A stretch of 64,000 bases of DNA from positions 10,932-74,931 of the forward strand of contig CAYZXL010000017.1 in the NCBI GenBank assembly GCA_964482435.1, written 5' to 3'. Shown here one piece after another: positions 1 through 8,733 of this stretch. Source of the DNA: an uncultured Verrucomicrobiota bacterium (lineage in GTDB: Bacteria; Auribacterota; JABMQX01). Both the position numbers and the translations under genes were made by a program. How positions within the stretch are numbered: the first letter of the stretch is position 1; every line of letters begins with the position of its first letter. Under the pieces are notes generated by a model. The model saw only the letters and a program-made list of their open reading frames with translations, did no database searches and was not told the origin of the DNA.

Positions 1-3000
1 CAATGCACGGCGACCAGGACCGCAGATGGAAGTTGCCATTCGGCGCATCCACAAAATGGGGGTCAAGGTGAATATTCCCGTCGCCACCTCCGACCCAGTT
101 CTCGATGCAGGAGAAGGTGGGCACCTTGCCGTAGTATAGCTGGCCGGACTTTCCATTTCCCCAGATGATGCAGTTGCGGATTGCCCCGTATGACGAGGCC
201 AGCCCACCACCACGCCCGGCGGAGTTTCCAACGATGGCGTTGCTTTCAATTTGCCCGTCGCAATAGTACAACCCTCCGCCATCACCCTTGGCCGAGTTGC
301 CCGTGATGATGTTATTCCGAATGGTGCCATCGCAATTCCACAGGCCGGCTCCGTTCTGGGCTGAATGGCCCGCGATGGTGTTGTACTGAATCAGCCCGTG
401 GCAGTTGTTCAGCCCCGAGCCCTCGTACTGGGCCGAGTTGCGGCTGATGATGTTGTGTTCAATCGTGCCGTTGCAGTACGCCAACCCACCCCCTTGGTTC
501 CCGACGATAGTGTTGTTGGCGATTGTGCCGTCGCAAAAACCAATGCCCGCCCCTCCGAAATTGCCGGTCACAACACAGTGCTGGATGGTAGCGTTGGTGT
601 GGTCGCTCCATGTGCCGCCGCGAATCCCTGCACCCAACCCGTCTAACCCGTATGGGTCAATTCTTCCGCTTCGAATAGTGAACCCGGCGAGGACGCATGT
701 CTCGTTCTCTCCGCCGGAGAAAGTCACCACCGGGCCTCTTTTCCCGCCGTCAATGATAGTGGCGGCAACGACGGAAGGGTTGAGAGGGTCGGTGCTGCGG
801 ACCGTGATGTTCTTGCCGTTGAAGTTGACGTTTTCGACGTAAACGCCCATGGCGACAATCACAGTCTGGCCGGGGGAGGTAGCATTGATTCCCTCCTGGA
901 TCGTCTTGAACGCGGAATTCCAGGACTTACCGTTGCCAGAGATCGACACCGACGATCTGACATACCAGGTGGGAGGCGGCGCTGCCGGGCTGGATCCCCG
1001 ACGATATTCCTCGATGTTCGAGACCCCGTCGCTGTCACGGTCCCCATTCGGCTTTTGAGTAAGGTCACCGAAGAACTCGTTCTCCCAGTCGTCGGGGAGA
1101 CCATCCGCATCGCGATCCAGTGACCTGCAAGTCGCTTCCGGCGTGTTGCCATACGCCCCCATGTCAACCCGCCCCCCATTCGGCTCAGGCTCCTGGGAAA
1201 AATCCCAAGTTGGGTCGCCCGCATCTATGCAAGGAGACCAGCTTTTCAGGTGAAAGTCGCCGTTGGCGGGGTCAGCAAGGTAGGGAAAGTAAGAGATGTT
1301 CCCCTCGCCCGAGCCATCCAATGACTCAACGCAAGAGTACCTGGGGGTTGACGACTCATAGAGTTGCCAGGGACCCTCGTTCCCCCAGATGATGCAGTTG
1401 ACGATTGGGCCATGCTGCAGGGCGGCATCAGCGCCGGCGTCTCCCGCCGAATTGCCGTAGATCGTGTTATTCCACAAGGCACCTCTCCCACTGTACACCC
1501 CGCCGCCCTGGTAGCCGCCGTTGTTCTCCGTGATAGCGTTCCCTCGGATGGCGCCATCGCACTCGGCGACTCCTCCGCCATAGCTCGCCGAGTTGCCGGT
1601 GATGACGCTGTTCTCGATGGTGGCGTGTGTGCCGTTACCAAAAATGCCGCCGCCGTAGTTGGCTTTTCCGTTCCGAATGGTAAAGCCGGAAAGGACGCAG
1701 ACCCGGTCTTCTGAACCGAGGAAGGTGACGACGGAACCGGCTTTGCTTCCGTCAATGATGGTGGCGGCGACAACGGTCGCGTCGAGGGGGTCGGTGCTTT
1801 GGAGGATGATGTTCCTGCCCTTCAATTTGAGGTTTTCGACGTAGGTGCCCTGGGCGACAATGACGACATCGCCTTCGAAGGCGGCGTTGATTCCCTCCTG
1901 AATCGCTTTGAAGGCGGTTTCCCAGGACTTCCCGTCGCCAGAGCTTGGCAGTGCTGCGTTCACATACCACGTGGGCGGCGAAGCCGTCGGGTTGACCCCC
2001 CAACGATATTCCTCGATGTTTGGCATTCCATCGGCGTCGGCGTCGCCATTCGCCTCCTGGGCGAGGTCGCTGAAAAACTCGCTCTCCCAGTCGTCGGGAA
2101 GACCGTCGGAGTCATTGTCGGGGGATTTTGATGTCGCCTCCGGCGTGTTGCCATACACCCCCAGGTCCACTCGGCCTCCATTCGGCTCGGGTTCCCGAGA
2201 GAAATCGGAAGCCGGGTCACCCGCGTCTATGCAAGGAGACCAGCTCTTGAGATGATAGTCCCCGTTCCCAGGGTCAACAAAGTGGGGATAGTAAGAAATG
2301 TTCCCGTCGCGATCGAAACTCCCGCCTTTGATACAGCAATAAGTCGGAGGGTCGCACTCATGGAGGTCCACGGCGCCTTCGTTCCCCCAGATAATGCAGT
2401 TCCGGATTGTCCCCGTGCAGGAATCAAGGGTGCCGCTGACGCTCGTTTTTGTCAGGTTTCCCACGATGGTGTTGTTCTCGATCGTCGCTGAGCAATTGCA
2501 GACCGCCCCGCCGAATCCCGCTGAGTTACCCACTATTACGTTATTTTGAATCACGCCGTGGCAGCGGCCCAGCCCTCCGCCATAACTCGAGGACCTCTCC
2601 ACCCCTGAATTTCCTCTAATCGTGTTTCTGCGGATGGCCCCGTCGCAGTACGCGATGCCTGCCCCGTTATACTGCGCCTGGTTGTCGGCGATGATGTTGT
2701 TCTCGACCGTTGCGCGGGACCCTCCGCCGTGAATGCCTCCGCCGTCCTGAGCTTTTCCGTTCCGAATCGTGAAGCCGGAGAGGGTGCACGTCTCCTCCTC
2801 GAGTCCGAGGAAAGTGACTACGGAACCGGCCTGGTTGCCGTCAATGATGGTGGCGGCGACGACAGCAGGGTCAAGAGGGTCGGTGCTGCGAAGCGTGATG
2901 TTCTTGCCGTAGAAATGGACGTTTTCGACGTATGTGCCCTCGGCGACAAAGACCGTGTCGCCATGGGAGGCGGCGTTGATGCCCTCCTGGATGGTTTTGA

Positions 3001-5515
3001 ACGCGGTCTCCCAGGACTTCCCGTCGCCGGAGGTGGGCACTGCCGCATTCACGTACCATGTCGGACACAGCGCCGTCGGATTGAGTCCGCGACGGTATTC
3101 TTCTGAGTTCGGGATGCCATCCGCGTCCGGGTCGTGGCCCCCACCTTGGACAAGACCGCCGAAGAACTCCCTCTCCCAGTCGTCGGGAAGTCCGTCACCG
3201 TCGCTATCGGGGGACTTGGAAGTCGCTTCCGGCGTGTTGCCGTAAGTCCCCATGTCCACTCGCCCTCCGGTTGGTTCGGGCTCTTGAGAAAAGTCCGAAG
3301 TAGGGTCCCCCGCATCTATGCAAGGAGACCAGCTTTTGAGGTGAAAGTCGCCGTTTTGCGGGTCAGCAACGTGCGGAAAGACTGAGATGTTCCCCTCCCC
3401 CTCGCCGGGCCATGCCTCGATGCAGGAGTACGCAGGGACGGAGCAATTGTCGAGCTGTAGCGAGTGCTCGTTCCCCCAGATGATGCAGTTGACGATTGTG
3501 CACTTGCAGTCAGCGAGCGCCGCGCCCGCGAACTCAGCCGAGTTGCCGTAAATCGTGTTGTTGCGCAACGCGCCCCTCCCACGGTACACGCCGCCGCCGT
3601 TTTCTTTCGCAGCATTCTTCCATATTGTGTTGTTCTCGACGTCGGCGCTGACAAAACCGGAGCCAATTCCTCCGCCGTTGCGTGCAGAGTTCCAGGCGAT
3701 CTCGTTGCAGCGAATTGTGCCAGCGCACTGATACAGGCCGCCGGCATCGTTGCCGGCCGAGTTGCGGACAATGGCGTTCTTCTCGATTATCCCGCCGCAG
3801 TGATACAGCCCCCCACCGGAGTATTGGGCCACGTTCGCAGAAATCGTGTTGTTCCGGATGAGTCCATCGCAGCAGGCAATCCCGCCGCCGTAGCCCGCTG
3901 AGTTCGCAGTAACCACGTTATTCTCGATGGTCGCGTACGTGTCAAGGCTCTGGTTTCCACCGCAGATGCCGCCACCGAACCAGCTTTTCCCATTGCGAAT
4001 AGTGAAGCCGGAGAGAACGCAGGTCCGATTTTCTGCGCCGGAGAAGATGACCGCGGAATCGGCCTGGTTGCCGTCAATGATGGTGGCTGCCACGACAGCA
4101 GGGTCAGAGGGGTCAGTGCTGCGGAGGACGATGCTCTTCCCGTTGGACTTGACATTCTCGACGTAGATTCCCTCACCGACGACGACCGTGTCGGCATCTG
4201 AAGAAGCGTCAATCCCCTCCTGGATGGTCTTGAATGCGGTGTTCCACGACTTGCCATCGCCGGAGCTTAAGACTGCCCCATTGACGTACCACGTCACCGA
4301 CGCGACGAGGGGGTTCAAGCCCCGATAGTATTCCTCGATGTTTGAGATTCCGTCCGCGTCCGTGTCGCCGCTTGCGTCCTGGATGAGGCTGCCAATGAAT
4401 TCGGTCTCCCAATCGTCCGGAAGCCCATCTGCGTCAACATCGGGCGACCTGGAAGTCGCTTCCGCCGTGTTGCCATAAGCCCCCATGTCCACCCGCCGTC
4501 CATTCGGCTCGGGCTCCTGTGAAAAATCGGAGGTGGGGTCGCCGGCATCTACGCAAGGAGACCACCTCTTGAGGTGAAAGTCGCCCTTGGCAGGATTCGT
4601 AAAGTGCGGAAACAAGGAGATGTTCCCCTCGCCTTTCCCGGTCCATGATTCAATGCAGCAATACGTGAGGATCGGACAATCAAAGAATTGGCCGGAACCT
4701 TCGTTTCCCCAGATGATGCAGTTGACGATTGCGCCGGGATGCCAGGCCACGGCGGATCCCGATGACCCAGCGAGGTTGCCGGAAATCGTGTTGTTGCGGA
4801 GCACGCCTTCCCCACCGTGCAGGCCCCCGCCTTCCCGGTTGGCCGTGTTCGCCCATATCGTGTTGTTTTCTATGGTCCCGGCGCAGTAATTCAGTCCACC
4901 GCCGTTGTCGCTCGTAGAGTTCCCCGTTATGGCGTTTCTGCGAATGGTGCCGTTGCAATAGGATAGTCCGCCGCCTCCGTAAGCCGAGTTCGCCGAAATC
5001 GTATTGTTGCGGATGACGCCATGGCAAAAGGCGAGGCCACCGCCGTAGTCCGCCGAGTTGCCCGTGATGACGTTGTTCTCAATGGTCGCACGCGTCCCGT
5101 AATCCTTGCTCCCCCCCAGAATGCCCCCGCCATAAGAGGCCTTCCCGTTGCGGATCGTGAACCCGGCAAGAACGAAAGCCTCCTTTTCCGCCCCGGAGAA
5201 TGTGACGACGGGACCCGTCTGATTTCCGTCGAGGATTGTCGCGGCGACGACAGCCGGGGCGAGCGGGTCAGTGCTGCGGAGGGCGATGTTGCTTCCCCTG
5301 AGATAAACGTTTTCGACATAGATGCCCTGGGCGACGATGACCGTATCGCCGTCGGAAGCGACGTTGATGGCATGCTGGATCGTTTTGAGGGAGGTCGCCC
5401 AGCTCTTCCCATCGCCGGATACCTCGACCGCGCCGTCCACATACCAGGTTGTTGACGCTCCTGGGCGGACGGAGAAAAGAGTGAGGCAAACCCACGCCAA
5501 AACGACTCTCGCCAT
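1..5515 (-). CDS. Giant secreted modular protein (paralog A): >=5 tandem modules of DUF1565-like domain + parallel beta-helix + SPCIDAGDP/EPEPNGGR cap, joined by TSP3-like Ca-binding linkers. The 3' end runs off the window start
   Basis: Hand translation of the minus frame from the ATG at 5515-5513 gives MARVVLAWVCLTLFSVRPGASTTWYVDGAVEVSGDGKSWATSLKTIQ (signal peptide + DUF1565-like). The frame was checked at 4280 (SVTWYVNGAV) and 1965 (TWYV). No minus-frame-1 stop-bounded ORF is listed for 1-5515, consistent with one frame open to the window edge. TWYV module starts recur at about 5445, 4280, 3055, 1965 and 965. Confidence 0.75.
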   Translation of the reverse strand, partial: MARVVLAWVCLTLFSVRPGASTTWYVDGAVEVSGDGKSWATSLKTIQHAINVASDGDTVIVAQGIYVENVYLRGSNIALRSTDPLAPAVVAATILDGNQTGPVVTFSGAEKEAFVLAGFTIRNGKASYGGGILGGSKDYGTRATIENNVITGNSADYGGGLAFCHGVIRNNTISANSAYGGGGLSYCNGTIRRNAITGNSTSDNGGGLNYCAGTIENNTIWANTANREGGGLHGGEGVLRNNTISGNLAGSSGSAVAWHPGAIVNCIIWGNEGSGQFFDCPILTYCCIESWTGKGEGNISLFPHFTNPAKGDFHLKRWSPCVDAGDPTSDFSQEPEPNGRRVDMGAYGNTAEATSRSPDVDADGLPDDWETEFIGSLIQDASGDTDADGISNIEEYYRGLNPLVASVTWYVNGAVLSSGDGKSWNTAFKTIQEGIDASSDADTVVVGEGIYVENVKSNGKSIVLRSTDPSDPAVVAATIIDGNQADSAVIFSGAENRTCVLSGFTIRNGKSWFGGGICGGNQSLDTYATIENNVVTANSAGYGGGIACCDGLIRNNTISANVAQYSGGGLYHCGGIIEKNAIVRNSAGNDAGGLYQCAGTIRCNEIAWNSARNGGGIGSGFVSADVENNTIWKNAAKENGGGVYRGRGALRNNTIYGNSAEFAGAALADCKCTIVNCIIWGNEHSLQLDNCSVPAYSCIEAWPGEGEGNISVFPHVADPQNGDFHLKSWSPCIDAGDPTSDFSQEPEPTGGRVDMGTYGNTPEATSKSPDSDGDGLPDDWEREFFGGLVQGGGHDPDADGIPNSEEYRRGLNPTALCPTWYVNAAVPTSGDGKSWETAFKTIQEGINAASHGDTVFVAEGTYVENVHFYGKNITLRSTDPLDPAVVAATIIDGNQAGSVVTFLGLEEETCTLSGFTIRNGKAQDGGGIHGGGSRATVENNIIADNQAQYNGAGIAYCDGAIRRNTIRGNSGVERSSSYGGGLGRCHGVIQNNVIVGNSAGFGGAVCNCSATIENNTIVGNLTKTSVSGTLDSCTGTIRNCIIWGNEGAVDLHECDPPTYCCIKGGSFDRDGNISYYPHFVDPGNGDYHLKSWSPCIDAGDPASDFSREPEPNGGRVDLGVYGNTPEATSKSPDNDSDGLPDDWESEFFSDLAQEANGDADADGMPNIEEYRWGVNPTASPPTWYVNAALPSSGDGKSWETAFKAIQEGINAAFEGDVVIVAQGTYVENLKLKGRNIILQSTDPLDATVVAATIIDGSKAGSVVTFLGSEDRVCVLSGFTIRNGKANYGGGIFGNGTHATIENSVITGNSASYGGGVAECDGAIRGNAITENNGGYQGGGVYSGRGALWNNTIYGNSAGDAGADAALQHGPIVNCIIWGNEGPWQLYESSTPRYSCVESLDGSGEGNISYFPYLADPANGDFHLKSWSPCIDAGDPTWDFSQEPEPNGGRVDMGAYGNTPEATCRSLDRDADGLPDDWENEFFGDLTQKPNGDRDSDGVSNIEEYRRGSSPAAPPPTWYVRSSVSISGNGKSWNSAFKTIQEGINATSPGQTVIVAMGVYVENVNFNGKNITVRSTDPLNPSVVAATIIDGGKRGPVVTFSGGENETCVLAGFTIRSGRIDPYGLDGLGAGIRGGTWSDHTNATIQHCVVTGNFGGAGIGFCDGTIANNTIVGNQGGGLAYCNGTIEHNIISRNSAQYEGSGLNNCHGLIQYNTIAGHSAQNGAGLWNCDGTIRNNIITGNSAKGDGGGLYYCDGQIESNAIVGNSAGRGGGLASSYGAIRNCIIWGNGKSGQLYYGKVPTFSCIENWVGGGDGNIHLDPHFVDAPNGNFHLRSWSPCI
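1..5515. repeat. Intragenic tandem repeat array, period about 1.0-1.2 kb (>=5 copies), with >80% nucleotide identity in the cap-encoding stretches
   Basis: The ~45-bp cap-encoding stretch 'gcatctatgcaaggagaccagcttttgaggtgaaagtcgccgtt' recurs with few changes at about 1221, 2224, 3311 and 4546; paralogous copies are at 6346, 7498, 9838 and 12438. Confidence 0.8.
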
Positions 5516-5590
5516 TTCTGTTCCTCCCATGCGCTGCAAGTGCACCTGCATTGACAACTCCACCCCAACATTCAAGCGAACAGGTCGCCT

Positions 5591-8500
5591 CTACTTACGC
5601 ACACTGACCCTGTAGTAGCGACTCTCGAGCTGAACAGACTCCCAGTCGAAGACCGAATGGGTGGAGATGAACGGTCCGGGCGTTACGCTTCCGCCGACGG
5701 GAAACCACAGTTTGAGGTCGGAGCTAACATAGCACTGGTACGTGCGGCTGGGAACGACTGTCCAGCGGAGAGCCGTGCCGAACGGCGTGCAAACGATTTC
5801 GATGATCCGAAAAAGCGATTGTGGGTCCAGAGGGTCGGTGCCTGCGGCCACTTCCTGTCCGTCGTTTTTCCCATCGTTATCAGTATCGGGCTTCAAGGGG
5901 TCGCTGTGATGAGTGTTAACCTCGGCGCCATCGCTCAAATCGTCGTCGTCCGAGTCGCTATTGTTTGGATTCGTCAAGCACAGGTACTCCTGAAGATTGG
6001 TCAGGCCGTCCATGTCCGCATCCTCTGCGGCGTTGTCCGTTAACGGGTCGAGCGCATTGTCCACCTCCCATGCGTCGGGCATCTGGTCGCCATCTGTATC
6101 TTGATTTTCAGGGTTGGTTGAGAAGAGGTACTCAGCGCGGTTTGGCAATCGGTCACCGTCCGGGTCCTCAGTCCCCCCGTGGGCAAGGCTGCCGAATATC
6201 ACAAGCTCCCAATCGTCCGGCAGAAGGTCTTCGTCAGAATCCTCCGAGGCTGAAGTCGCCTCCGAAGTGTTGCCATACATCCCGATGTCAACCCTTCCTC
6301 CGTTGGGTTCTGGTTCTTGCGAGAAATCGGAGGAAGGGTCCCCTGCGTCTATGCAGGGAGACCAATTCTTGAGATGATAATCGTCATTTGCCGCGTCCAC
6401 GAAGTAAGGAAAATACGGGATGTTGCCTTCTCCATCGCCGGTCCATCGTTCAATGCAGCAATAGGACACAGTTACCCCACCAAAAAGCAGGTTGTTGCCT
6501 TTATTCCCCCAGATGATGCAGTTGTGGACCGTTCCGGAGCAGTCATAGAGGGCGGCTCCCGGTCCGTCGGCAACGTTTGCGAGAATGGTGTTGTTTTCAA
6601 TCGTTCCGTTGCACCCGTGCATCCCCCCGCCCTCGTCGGCGGAGTTTGCGATTATGGCGTTGTTCTGGATGATTCCGCCGCACCAGTACAAGCCCCCGCC
6701 CTGAGATTGGGATAAGTTACCGGAGATGATGTTGCTACGGACGGTGCCACTACAGAAGGCGAGCTCGCCGCCGTGCTGCTCTGCGGAGTTGGCTTTGATT
6801 GTGTTGCGCTCCACAAGGCCATCGCAGAAAAACAGCCCGCCGCCTTCGGAAGTGGCCGAGTTCCCGACGATCACGTTGCTCCGAATAGTCGCGTGATTTC
6901 CATCGCCTGATGTGCGGCCGCAGATTCCACCGCCGAGCATGGCCCTGCCGTTTCGTATCGTGAAACCGGACAGGACGCAATTCTCGCCCTCCGTCCCTTC
7001 AAAGGTCACGACAGGTCCGGCGGCATCCCCGTCAATGATGGTGTTGGCGACGATGCCGGAGTCAAAAGGCTCAGTGCTTCTGAGAACGATGTTCTTGCCC
7101 TTGAAATGAATGTTCTCAAAGTAAATCCCCCGAGCGACGAGGACTGTATCGGGATAATACGCCAGGTCTATCGCTTCCTGGATTGTCCTGAAAGCTTTCT
7201 CCCACGACGTGCCGTCGCCAGAGGCCGGCCGAGACCTGTCAACATACCACGACACTCTTATCGGCCTCGTGCCGGCAAGGTATTCGTCGGCGTTTGAGAT
7301 TCCGTCGCTGTCGGCATCTCCCTCCGCAACCTGAGCCAGGTCGCCAAAAAAGTGCATCTCCCAGTCATCGGGAAGAGAATCTCCGTCGGTATCCGGCGAT
7401 TTGCTTGTCGCCTCCGGCGTGTTACCGTAAGCTCCCATGTCAATTCGTCCGCCGTTTGGCTCCGGTTCCTTTGAGAAGTCCGAGGCGCGATCTCCTGCGT
7501 CAATGCATGGCGACCAGCTTCTGAGGTGGTAGTCCCCCCCTCCCGGGTCAACAAAGTGGGGGAAAAGGGATATGTTCCCTGTGCCGCCTCCCGTCCAGTT
7601 TTCGATACATGAATAACTTGGAGTGCGACTCGCAACGAACTCAGGCCCCTCTGATGCCGTGTTTCCCCAGATGATGCAGTTGCGGATGTCGCACCCCGGG
7701 AGAGAAATATCGCAGTCGGACAGCCCACCGCCAATATCAGCGGAATTGCCGACGATTGTGTTGTTCACAACCTTGCCGAAGCAAGAAGCCAGCCCGCCGC
7801 CTCGAGGGGCAGAATTCTCGTAAACGACGTTGTTTCGAACCGTCCCCCTGCACCATCCCAATCCACCGCCGTTCGACCTGGCGGAATTTCGCGCGATGAC
7901 ATTCCCCTCAACAATGCCGTCGCAATAGTGAAGACCGCCCCCGTCAACGACGCTTGAGTTGTTCGTGATGATATTGTTACGGATGGTTCCCTGACAACTG
8001 TCCAGGCCCCCGCCAGACGCTTCAGCCATGAGCCGCGCACGGGTAGCGTTGCCGGAGATGACGTTGTTCTGAATCGTGCCGTCGCAATCGTATAGGCCGC
8101 CTCCGTTCTGACCAGACGAATTCTCCTTGATGACGTTGTTTTGAATGATGCCGTTGCACAAAAACAGTCCGCCTCCTTCGTACTCCGCATAATTTCCGAC
8201 TATCACGTTATTCCGAATCGTGACACGAGCCTGGTAGTCCCATGTGCCACCGCAGATTCCCGCTCCGCGAATAGCCCTCCCGTTTCGGATGGTGAAGCCT
8301 GAGAGGACGCAGGATTCCTTCTCCGTTCCTGCAAATGTCACGACGGATGATGCCCCCTGGCCGTCAATGATGGTTTTGCTGACTATGGCCGAATTCGAAG
8401 AATCGGTACTCCGAAGAACAATGTTCTTCCCCTTGAACGCCACGTTCTCGCGGTATGTCCCCTGAGCAACGACTACCGTATCGCCGGAGACCGCCGCATC

Positions 8501-8668
8501 AATCCCTTGCTGGATGGTCTTGAATGCCGTCGCCCATGACTTCCCGTCGTGGGACCCCAGCGCCGAACAGTCCACGTACCATTCAGCGGATGGCGCATCG
8601 GCGCAGACCGACCAGAACAACAAAGGCAGTAATTCGATGATAAGCGCTCTCTCGACAGCCCCGATCAT
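5591..8668 (-). CDS. Secreted modular beta-helix/TSP3-repeat protein (paralog B, 2 modules), with a C-terminal TSP3-like array and a conserved ~75-aa C-terminal domain
   Basis: 1025-aa ORF. N-terminus is hydrophobic, then WYVDCSALGSHDGKSWATAFKTIQQGIDAAVSGDTVVVAQGTYRENV. A second WYVDRSRPASGDGTSWEKAFRTIQEAIDLA module follows. Rung repeats NN.I..NSA..GGGL.C.GTI. Cap CIIWGN...SPCIDAGD...EPEPNGGR.DMGAYGNT. TSP3-like DTDGDQMPDAWE/DSDDDDLSDGAE. C-terminus SLFRIIEI..RWTVVPSRTYQCYVSSDL..RYYRVSVRK. Confidence 0.8.
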   Translation of the reverse strand: MIGAVERALIIELLPLLFWSVCADAPSAEWYVDCSALGSHDGKSWATAFKTIQQGIDAAVSGDTVVVAQGTYRENVAFKGKNIVLRSTDSSNSAIVSKTIIDGQGASSVVTFAGTEKESCVLSGFTIRNGRAIRGAGICGGTWDYQARVTIRNNVIVGNYAEYEGGGLFLCNGIIQNNVIKENSSGQNGGGLYDCDGTIQNNVISGNATRARLMAEASGGGLDSCQGTIRNNIITNNSSVVDGGGLHYCDGIVEGNVIARNSARSNGGGLGWCRGTVRNNVVYENSAPRGGGLASCFGKVVNNTIVGNSADIGGGLSDCDISLPGCDIRNCIIWGNTASEGPEFVASRTPSYSCIENWTGGGTGNISLFPHFVDPGGGDYHLRSWSPCIDAGDRASDFSKEPEPNGGRIDMGAYGNTPEATSKSPDTDGDSLPDDWEMHFFGDLAQVAEGDADSDGISNADEYLAGTRPIRVSWYVDRSRPASGDGTSWEKAFRTIQEAIDLAYYPDTVLVARGIYFENIHFKGKNIVLRSTEPFDSGIVANTIIDGDAAGPVVTFEGTEGENCVLSGFTIRNGRAMLGGGICGRTSGDGNHATIRSNVIVGNSATSEGGGLFFCDGLVERNTIKANSAEQHGGELAFCSGTVRSNIISGNLSQSQGGGLYWCGGIIQNNAIIANSADEGGGMHGCNGTIENNTILANVADGPGAALYDCSGTVHNCIIWGNKGNNLLFGGVTVSYCCIERWTGDGEGNIPYFPYFVDAANDDYHLKNWSPCIDAGDPSSDFSQEPEPNGGRVDIGMYGNTSEATSASEDSDEDLLPDDWELVIFGSLAHGGTEDPDGDRLPNRAEYLFSTNPENQDTDGDQMPDAWEVDNALDPLTDNAAEDADMDGLTNLQEYLCLTNPNNSDSDDDDLSDGAEVNTHHSDPLKPDTDNDGKNDGQEVAAGTDPLDPQSLFRIIEIVCTPFGTALRWTVVPSRTYQCYVSSDLKLWFPVGGSVTPGPFISTHSVFDWESVQLESRYYRVSVRK

Positions 8669-8733
8669 CTCCGTGATCCTCCAGTTTGCTTGCGGAATCT
8701 ATGGCAGCTTCGACGTAAAGAGCTGCTCTTTGC

